Source: Octopus sinensis (taxonomy: Eukaryota). From it: 17,634 nucleotides of DNA. The position numbers and the translations under genes are program-made. Positions 9,875 to 17,634 of the stretch are shown one piece after another (the stretch's first letter is position 1; every line of letters starts with the position of its first letter). The notes under the pieces are model-generated. The model saw nothing but the letters and a program-made list of their open reading frames with translations, did no database searches and was not told the DNA's origin. The stretch spans positions 1 to 17,634 of the forward strand of contig NW_021824725.1 of assembly GCF_006345805.1 (NCBI RefSeq), given 5' to 3'.

Positions 9875-10287
9875 GGCGCAGGAGTGGCTGTGTGGTAAGT
9901 AGCTTGCTAACCAACCACATGGTTCCGGGTTCAGTCCCACTGCGTGGCATCTTGGGCAAGTGTCTTCTGCTATAGCCCCGGGCCGACCAATGCCTTGTGA
10001 GTGGATTTGGTAGACGGAAACTGAAAGAAGCCTGTCGTATATATGTATATATATATATGTGTGTGTGTATATGTTTGTATGTCTGTGTTTGTCCCCCTAG
10101 CATTGCTTGACAACCGATGCTGGTATGTTTACGTCCCCGTAACTTAGCGGTTCGGCAAAAGAGACCGATAGAATAAGTACTGGGCTTACGAAGAATAAGT
10201 CCCGGGGTCGATTTGCTCGACTAAAGGCGGTGCTCCAGCATGGCCGCAGTCAAATGACTGAAACAAGTAAAAGAGAGTAAAAGAGAG
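9875..10287 (+). mobile_element. Full-length family S tRNA-derived SINE
   Basis: Starts GGCGCAGGAGTGGCTGTGTGG, has A/B-box-like motifs and a short internal (TA)(TG), ends GCAGTCAAATGACTGAAACAAGTAAAAGAG. Confidence 0.93.
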
Positions 10288-10585
10288 ATAGTATACCATA
10301 AAGAGACCAAAATTAATCAATGGAAATTTAAAAAAAAATCGAAATTATAAAATATAAAGGAAAACCCTGAAATTCCATCTTTTCTTTCGCATAAACATCT
10401 CACCTTTTATGAAAATTGTTTAACGATACACATGCATACAAACATACAAACATACATACATGCATTTGAATATATATGAGCATGTCTAGATATGTAACTA
10501 TATGCATGAGAATACATACATAAAACATACAAATCTGCACATATACATACATATATATACATACATACATATATATATTCATACA

Positions 10586-10725
10586 GACTTTGCCTTTCAT
10601 CCTTTCGGGGTCAATTAAATAAGTACCAGTTATGCACTGGGGTCAATATAATCGACTTAATCCGTTTGTCTGTCTTTGTTTGTCCCTTCTTTGTTTAGCC
10701 CCCTTGTGGGTAGTAAAGAAATAGG
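10586..10725 (+). mobile_element. Headless family B SINE (core plus 3' part)
   Basis: GACTTTGCCTTTCATCCTTTCGGGGTC...TAAGTACCAG...CACTGGGGTC. Confidence 0.85.
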
Positions 10726-10859
10726 CACTTAATCTATCGACCCCGAAAGGATGAAAGGCAAAGTCGACCTCGGCGGAATTTGAACTCAGAACGCAGCGGC
10801 AGACGAAATACCGCTAAGCATTTCGCCCAGCGTGCTAACGACTCTGCCAGCTCGCCGCC
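10724..10859 (-). mobile_element. Family B SINE 5' part (tRNA head plus core), inverted
   Basis: Minus strand: GGCGGCGAGCTGGCAGAGTCGTTAG (A-box-like)...GAGTTCAAATTCC (B-box-like)...GTCGACTTTGCCTTTCATCCTTTCGGGGTCGAT. Confidence 0.9.
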
Positions 10860-11524
10860 TTAATTTCTTCTATTCCTGTTTTACCATTGTTCTGTTGCCT
10901 CTTTATTCCATTCGGTTCTATTGTCACCAAAATCAGTTTGATTTAAAGCTTATTTAAATTTTCTTTTTCTCAAAAAAATTTTTCTCCTTTTCTTTCATCT
11001 CTTCCTTTTTCCTCTTTCCTCCTTCTTTCTCTTTGCTTTTTCTCCTTCTCTTTCATCTGTTTCTATTTTTCCTTCAACAACAAATTACTGCACAGCCACA
11101 CACACACACACACACAATTCTTCATTCATATCCATTTATATCTAATCAGCTTAAACCATCCTTTAATATTCTCTACGTAATTATCTTTGAACATTTTTCT
11201 TTCTTCAAATTCTAACCTTATCTATTCATTCTAACACATCCACCCACTTACCTCTCTTTTCCTTCCACCATTCTTGTCTCATCTTAGACTTAATTTTATC
11301 ATCCATTCTCCATTATCAATTCACTTTTTAACAGTTTTTTAGTAAAATTACTAAGACGTTTTCCCAATATTTGCTTTTCAAGCAACTTCACTGAAATATA
11401 TATTTAAATATTTCTTTTTACCTACTGCAATAAACTTCATCTTATCTATGTATCTTATTTTAGTATTTCTATAGATTTTCTACCAAATTATTACTTAATT
11501 TTTAATTTTCATATTATTATTATT

Positions 11525-11921
11525 ATGGAATTTGTAGCTGTGATACCAGTGCCGGTGGCACGCAAGAGAACCATCCGAACGTGGCCGTAGCCAGCGCTGC
11601 CTCCGTGCCGGTGGCACATAAAAAGCACCATCCAACCGTGGCCGTTGCCAGCTTCGTCTGGTCCCCGTACCGGTGGCACGTAAAAAGCATTATCCGATTG
11701 TGGCCGTTTGCCAGCCTCGTCTTGCACCTGTGCCGGTGGCACGTAAAAAGCACCCACTACACTCATGGAGTGGTTGGCGCTAAGAAGGGCATCCAGCTGT
11801 AGAAACACTGCCAGATCAGACTGGGCCTGGTGCAGCCTTCTGGCTTCCCAGACCCCAGTTGAACTGTCCAACCCATGCCAGCATGGAAAGCAGACGTTAA
11901 ATGATGATGATGATGATGATG

Positions 11922-11922
<1 letters not shown>
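11525..11922 (+). mobile_element. (GAT)n-tailed retroposon (family C) with four ~60-bp internal tandem units
   Basis: GTGCCGGTGGCAC at 11549, 11605, 11667 (GTACC variant) and 11730; GGAGTGGTTGGCGCTAAGAAGGGCATCCAGC; ends CAGACGTTAAA(TGA)n. The same end motif occurs at 5759-5776. Confidence 0.88.
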
Positions 11923-11963
<41 letters not shown>

Positions 11964-11971
11964 ATAATATA

Positions 11972-12020
11972 GGCCAAAGCCTCCCCCAAAATTTCAGGCC
12001 TTGTGCCTGTTATTATTATT
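11972..12020 (+). mobile_element. 3' end of a family B-type SINE with (ATT)n tail
   Basis: CCCCCAAAATTTCAGGCCTTGTGCCT is an approximate reverse complement of 17058-17082. Confidence 0.65.
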
Positions 12021-12333
12021 GAATGAGAGAGCAGTGCATGCCATCAAAGTGACACTGGAGTAAAATATACGAAGCCCAGTATACCCATCATGACTACCCG
12101 TCTGATAAGGATACACTAGGCACATGCATCACAACCATACGTGCGCGACATGGTGAACGCATATCAAGATAAACAGTGCATGACCTTGCAGGTGGGGCCC
12201 AGTTAGAATTTTCTTCTGGTCGAGTAACCCATATCGCTCAAAAGGTCCCTGAATAAGGGTTGCTTAAGGATGTTGAACAAAACACCCATGTTTCCAAAGG
12301 TGAATTATCCAAACCCCAAAGAATCCCTCTCAA
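12021..12333 (-). mobile_element. 5'-truncated copy of the (TAA)n-tailed element (family A here)
   Basis: Inverted homologue of 16678-16989; 48-bp exact match between 12179-12226 and 16784-16831. Confidence 0.9.
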
Positions 12334-12391
12334 AAATTAATTGAAAGAAACAGAGAGCATCTCAAAATAAAAACAGTAACGAAAGGGTTAA
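12334..12391 (-). mobile_element. Terminal fragment of a piggyBac-like MITE
   Basis: Minus strand TTAA CCCTTTCGTTAC TGTTTTTATTTTGAGATGC...; TTAA followed by CCC is the piggyBac end signature; aligns to the start of the 161-bp units. Confidence 0.6.
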
Positions 12392-12505
12392 ACATATAGT
12401 ACTGATGAAAATGTATTTCAATAAGAAAATCTGCCACTTTCAGAAAATTCTGTCTCAATAAAGTACTCATCTAATCCATGCAGACATACAAAAACAGATT
12501 TTCAA

Positions 12506-12795
12506 ACAATGATGATGACAATGATAATGATGACAGTAACGGTAGTGATGGCAACTGACGATGATGATGATGATCGTGGCAGACAGTGATGACAATGATG
12601 AAATGATGATGATGATGACAATAACAGTAGTGATGGCAACTGACGATGATGATGATGATCGTGGCAGACAGTGATGACAATGATGAAATGATGATGACAA
12701 TAACAGTAGTGATGGCAACTGATGATGATGATGATCGTAGCAGACAGTGACGACGACGATGAAATGATGATGATGATGATGATGATGACAATAGT
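12506..12795. repeat. ~75-85-bp minisatellite (~3.5 units) built from (GAT)n
   Basis: Repeating AGTAGTGATGGCAACTGA(C/T)GATGATG...ATCGT(G/A)GCAGACAGTGA. Confidence 0.9.
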
Positions 12796-12990
12796 CACAC
12801 ACATTGACAATGCCACCCACAAAAGGTCACTCACCATGACCACAAATATTCACGACATTCCCAAATTCTTCCATAAATATTGCTTTCTAATGAGACTTAA
12901 CGAATTAATCAATATAATTTTTTTACAATAACTTAACAGATTAATTCGATTTGCAGCATCACATTTGACTAACGATTCCTTTAAACAAAC

Positions 12991-13660
12991 CTCTAACCCT
13001 TTCGCTACCATATTCCTGTTGAAGACAACCGATTGTTCATTGATTAATCTTGACAATAGTGAAGAATTTACTAAAATAAACTTTACCATAATCAAACTGG
13101 TATTTGAAACATAAATTAATATATTTTGATGTAAGATTTCAATTTAGATCACTTTAACCCTTTTGTTACCATATTTGTGTCGAAATACACTGACTGTTTT
13201 CCAATAAATTTTGAAAATAGTGAAGAATTTACTAATATAAACTTTACCATAATCAAATTGGTATTTGAAACATAAATTAATATATTTTGATGAAAATTTT
13301 CAATTTAGATCACTTTAACCCTTTTGTTACCATATTTGTGTCGAAACACACTGACTGTTTTCCAATAAATTTTGACAAAAGCGAAGAATTTACTAAAATA
13401 ACTTTACCATAATCAAACTGGTATTTGAAACATAAATTAATATATTTTGATGTAAGATTTCAATTTAGATCACTTTAACCCTTTTGTTACCATACTTTTC
13501 TTGAAATACACTGACTGTTTTCCAATAAATTTTGAAAATAGTGAAGAATTTACTAAAATAACTTTGTCATTAATCTGGTGTTTTGGAACATAAATTTAAC
13601 ATGAAACTTTGATGGAAGGCTTAAAATTTGATCTCTTTAAAACAGCAAATTTGTTACATA
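12991..13660 (+). repeat. 161-bp tandem array (~4 units), each unit starting with a piggyBac-like terminus
   Basis: TAACCCTTT at 12994, 13155, 13316 and 13476 (periods 161, 161, 160); first and last units more diverged. Confidence 0.92.
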
Positions 13661-14109
13661 GAGCCTGGGGAAAATTGGTATAAAACATAACATTTGCTGA
13701 TGCTTGTAAAAGCTGTTGAAAGCATATAAAATGGTGAAAAATGAAATTTAAAAATAAGTTCATGGAGCAGAAGTTGAGAGGGATATGGAAGTAAGGAAGG
13801 AGGCAGAGGTGGATGCCAGGGCAAAAGTCGTTGCTTAAAAGGGAAAGAATTTAAAAACATTTCAGAGATAATTGGTTAGTTGATGTAGTAGGTATGAGAA
13901 GGTGTGTGTATACGTATATACAGCACCGGATTGAATGGTACTGCTCAGATGTCAAAACCATAATGATATCCGTGTGGCAGCTGATGATGGAGGTGTGTTG
14001 GATTGTTGGTATGGCTGTTTTTGTATATGTGGAATAGTATTATAACATGTCCTTTTGATATATATATATATATGCAGATATATCTTTTACATGCATACAT
14101 ACAAAAAAT

Positions 14110-14320
14110 GGGATAAGAACGCAAAACATCCAGACATTTAGATGATACAATAAAAGGACAAGAAAAAACAAGGACGGGACATTCGGAGTTTTCTTTCTTC
14201 AGTCGAGTTCCAGATTATCATTGCAATTTCAGCAGGTTAAACTTGAGATTGATCCAATCTGGCCAGCCCCAGGGAAAAACTAAGCTAAGAGCACTAGATT
14301 CCTTGGAAGAAAGCAGTCTC

Positions 14321-14330
<10 letters not shown>
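14110..14330. repeat. Probable interspersed repeat fragment, class unresolved
   Basis: Resembles an octopus repeat from recollection only; followed by (TA)(CA)(CT)(TG) microsatellites at 14323-14428. Confidence 0.3.
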
Positions 14331-14359
<29 letters not shown>

Positions 14360-14398
14360 TACATACAAACACAGACCTCTCTCTCTCTCTCTATGTTT

Positions 14399-14429
<31 letters not shown>

Positions 14430-14889
14430 AATACATATTTAAGAGCCTCATACTCAATCTTAATACCAATGCAAACTATTCAAATGTCATATCAGAGATG
14501 TTCACAAAATGCTGTCACTTCGACAAGTACCTCTTGTCAAAATGACAACATTGGGAGATCATACTTTTTCTGACTGAAGGAATCAATATTTAACTATTTA
14601 CCAGGAGCAATCATACACTCTCCATACTTCATAGCTACACACCTTGTCCTGCCATATAAAATTACACTCTTTAATATCAGACACCCTTTTTAGATTCATT
14701 TCCATAGAATAGAATGAATCAAAATGAATCACCTCCTCTCTATTTCTCTTTTCAATCTTAAACCAGCAGCAGACACCTCTGATATTGTTACAGTTCATAA
14801 TGATAATAATAATACCAGTAATAATAATAACAACAACAATAATAATAATAATTTGTGTTCTGTGAGTTGAAACAATCCTCTTTCTCTCC

Positions 14890-15239
14890 ATTGATCATAC
14901 ATACGTTTCACAACATCATAAGCGGAAAGTGTAACCTCTCGAAAGAGCAGTTCTTCACTCCTGCTCCAGAGCGTCGGCTGCAGGGTCACTCCGAAAAGCT
15001 CTATCTGCGAAGATTTCATCTCAATCGAAGGAGAGGGGCTTTCTCCTTCCGGGTTACGGATCCGTGGAACAAGCTGCCAGACGAGATGGTGAAGATGCCA
15101 ACGACTGCTCGGTTCAAAGTCTCCCTTGACCAGAAATGGCCTGAACTCTTTGCATGAACACCCTCCCAGTACATAACTCTCCCTACATGGCCTTGCTTTT
15201 TGCTTTTTGAGCCAAAAAATTAACTTAACTTAACTTAAC
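14890..15239 (+). mobile_element. 5'-truncated CR1/L2-group LINE 3' end with (TAACT)n tail
   Basis: RRLQGHSEKLYLRRFHLNRRRGAFSFRVTDPWNKLPDEMVKMPTTARFKVSLD matches the RGH.KL...FS.RV...WN.LP C-terminal motif of CR1-like ORF2; stop at 15155-15157; tail at 15220-15239. Confidence 0.88.
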
Positions 15240-15267
15240 ATTGTTGGTATCCCCTAATATGAAGACC

Positions 15268-15452
15268 AAGTACATGGAACAAATACAGGGCTGCAATAAG
15301 GGTGGAGCACTTGCAGAAAACAGCACTGCTTGGAACCACTCAAATACTCTGGATGGTGCTTGAAAAATAAGGGGTGTTACCTTAGTTCACTGGTAGTGAA
15401 CAGCTGGCACTGTAGTATATCACCAGCGTTAGAAGCTGTGCAAAGACAATAA

Positions 15453-15483
<31 letters not shown>
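15268..15483 (+). mobile_element. R4/Dong-like LINE 3' end, copy 1, with (TAA)n tail
   Basis: KYMEQI(fs)AAIRVEHLQKTALLGTTQILWMVLEK*; 3' UTR nearly identical to copy 2; (TAA)n at 15448-15483. Confidence 0.8.
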
Positions 15484-15815
15484 GCATGCCCAGCTAACAA
15501 CAAGGTATGCAATAAGGACGAAAGAAAAGTCGATAGATATGACAGGTTAGCTTGGGAGGTTAAGCAGTTGTGGTACCAATAATTGTCGGAGCAGTGGGAA
15601 AAGTGAGTAAAAATCTTGAGAAGTACATGGAACAAATAGGGGATGCAATAAGGGTGGAACACTTGCTGAAAACAGCACTGCTTGGAACCACTTGAATACT
15701 CCGGAAGGTGCTCGAAAAATAAGGGGTGTTACCTTAGTTCAGTGATAGTGAACAGCTGACACAGTAGTACATCTCCAGCATTAGAAGCTGGGCAAAGACA
15801 ATATAATAATAATAA
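15484..15815 (+). mobile_element. R4/Dong-like LINE 3' end, copy 2
   Basis: IACPANNKVCNKDERKVDRYDRLAWEVKQLW(del)VPIIVGAVGKVSKNLEKYMEQIGDAIRVEHLLKTALLGTT*ILRKVLEK*: tail of a restriction-like endonuclease domain typical of R4-clade elements; (TAA)n on both sides. Confidence 0.85.
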
Positions 15816-16185
15816 GAAGAATGATTTCATTTATTTTCCACCAGGGCGAAGGGCGAGCAGAACAATACAAAGACAGACATGAAATGTTGGGGTTTACATA
15901 TAATGAAAGGATAGAAAAAAAGAAAGTATACACAGTATATATATTGAAAAAGAAGGGACATATACACAGTACTCAAAGGTTAAAAGAAAAGGTGGTGGGG
16001 AGGATGATAAAGGTGTAGCTCTCTTGATACAGGAAGACCTCTAGGGGTAATCGAGGAGTTCCCTGAACACCAAGAGCGAGTGCCCTCTCCAGTTCCTTCT
16101 TTCCGACTTACAGGTCTACACTGAGAGAGGTACCGGTGTTGACATCAACTACCAACATTCTCAAGGTGTTTCTCACCATCTAATA
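15816..16185 (-). mobile_element. 3' end of a LINE, possibly L1/Tx1-like
   Basis: Terminal ~85 bp shared with 1760-1845, including AATAAA; T-rich 3' UTR-like stretch; possible ORF end ...LRMLVVDVNTGTSLSVDL*. The clade call is tentative. Confidence 0.55.
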
Positions 16186-16252
16186 TATATATGTGCCTTA
16201 AGTCTCTGGTTGAGACCCAATCAGAAGATGAAACAAAATGCAAATCAATCGG

Positions 16253-16253
<1 letters not shown>

Positions 16254-16335
<82 letters not shown>

Positions 16336-16340
16336 ATAAA
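16254..16340. repeat. (TAA)n microsatellite
   Basis: Visible, near-perfect. Confidence 0.97.
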
Positions 16341-16507
16341 AAAAATGAAAAAAAAAATGAACGAACTATTGAGTTTGGTTTAATGGCCTACCAATATATA
16401 CTATGAGTTTCTTTGCCCTAGGAGTCGGGAAGACGCTCGGCAAGAAATGGAAGCAAATTTGAAAGAAGAAGAAAAAAAAAAAATAATAATAATATAATAA
16501 TAATAAT

Positions 16508-16989
16508 TGTTTTTGTCTTGGTATAAAAGATGGCCTACAGCAAATATTCTGCTCAATACCACAGATTTGCTTGTCAGTTGTTTGACCATAACCAGTTGAG
16601 CATGTCCCTTGGTGGCTGACGATATGTGTATCTCTGATCACGAGCAGAAGTAGTGGGGGAGCATCATAGCCATGTGTTGAGAGGGATTCTTTGGGGTTTG
16701 GATAATTCACCTCTGGAAACATGGGTGGTTCTTTCAACATCCTTAAATGACCCTTATTCAGGGACCTTTTGAGTGGGATGGGCTACTCGACCAGAAGAAA
16801 ATTCTAACTGGGCCCCACCTGCAAGGTCATGTGCTGTTTATCTTGATATGAGATCACCATGTCGTGCACATATGGTTGTGATGCATGTGCCTGGTGTACC
16901 CTTATCAGACGGGTAGTCATGATGGGTATATTGGGCTTCGTATATTTTACCCCAGTGTCACTTTGATGGCATGAACTGCTCTCTCACTC

Positions 16990-17020
<31 letters not shown>

Positions 17021-17045
17021 TAATAATAATAATAATAATAATAAT
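16508..17045 (+). mobile_element. Family A element (~480 bp, non-coding) flanked on both sides by (TAA)n
   Basis: (TAA)n at 16482-16507 and 16990-17045; inverted partial copy at 12021-12333. Confidence 0.88.
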
Positions 17046-17178
17046 CCTTTCAAATATAGGCACAGGCTCTAAATTTGGGGGAAAGGGGCTAGTTGATTAC
17101 ATTGACTCTAGTCCTTGATTGGCATTCATTTTATTGACCCTGAAAGGATGAAAGGCAAAGTTGATCCCGTGGAATTTT
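17046..17178 (-). mobile_element. Family B SINE core plus 3' end, inverted
   Basis: TTTATTGACCCTGAAAGGATGAAAGGCAAAGTTGA is the reverse complement of the family B core. Confidence 0.85.
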
Positions 17179-17447
17179 ATAAAAGGCTGTTTTTATTGTT
17201 TACATTTGGAGTTGTGTTATTGTTCAGAATCCAGTCAAGCATGTAAAACTTTGTTCTACAGTCACTGTGTGTGCATAGTCTCTCTCCAAAGTTTCCTGTG
17301 TTGATAATCCCATTTTCATTTTATTTACAGTCCGTAGATTTACCATGGAGTTGTCAGGTATACATTCAGATTGTGGATAGTGGGGAGGGGGAGAGAGGAA
17401 GGAACGATTCTTCACTAATTGGAGTAGTAGTAAGGATAATGGTGGTA

Positions 17448-17634
17448 GAAGCACTCCGTCGGTTACGACGATGAGGGTTCCAGTTGATCCGAATCAACGG
17501 AACAGCCTGCTCGTGAACTTAACGTGTAAGTAGCTGAGCACTCCACAGACACGTGTACCCTTAATGTAGTTCTCGGGATATTTAGCGTGACACAGAGAGT
17601 GACAAGGCCGGCCCTTTGAAATACAGGTACAACA
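17448..17634. mobile_element. CpG-rich interspersed repeat running off the window end
   Basis: Resembles a common octopus SINE-like repeat from recollection; contains hairpin GTTCC-A-GTTGAT-CCGA-ATCAAC-GGAAC at 17477-17503. Confidence 0.45.

Noticed and set aside
11549-11760. CRISPR-like regularly spaced palindromic repeat
   Set aside because: The spacers are homologous to each other, the array lies within a eukaryotic retroposon, and no cas genes are present
12402-12432. Plus-strand CTGATGA...GAAA
   Set aside because: No stem II pairing between the two motifs
14170-14205. Minus-strand CTGAAGA...CTCCGAATGTC hammerhead-like string
   Set aside because: GAAA core broken, stem II imperfect, no stem I

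Overview
AT-rich, repeat-dominated eukaryotic genomic DNA. The repeat families (tRNA-headed SINEs with internal (TA)n(TG)n, (GAT)n- and (TAA)n-tailed retroposons) look to me like those of octopus, which is an inference. Nearly all long ORFs in the track are artefacts of simple repeats. Supported content: 3' fragments of RTE, CR1/L2-like, R4/Dong-like and probably L1/Tx1-like LINEs; an internally deleted Tc1/mariner remnant with an RTE insertion carrying an 11-bp TSD; several SINE copies, some as inverted pairs; and a 161-bp tandem array whose units begin with a piggyBac-like TTAA-CCC end. There is also a CpG-rich island at ~2580-3400 with one plausible coding exon (3128-3229, + strand) of an unidentified gene. 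The most notable non-obvious element is a complete type I hammerhead ribozyme fold on the minus strand (7182-7248), with a second, degenerate hammerhead-like motif ~190 nt upstream on that strand.
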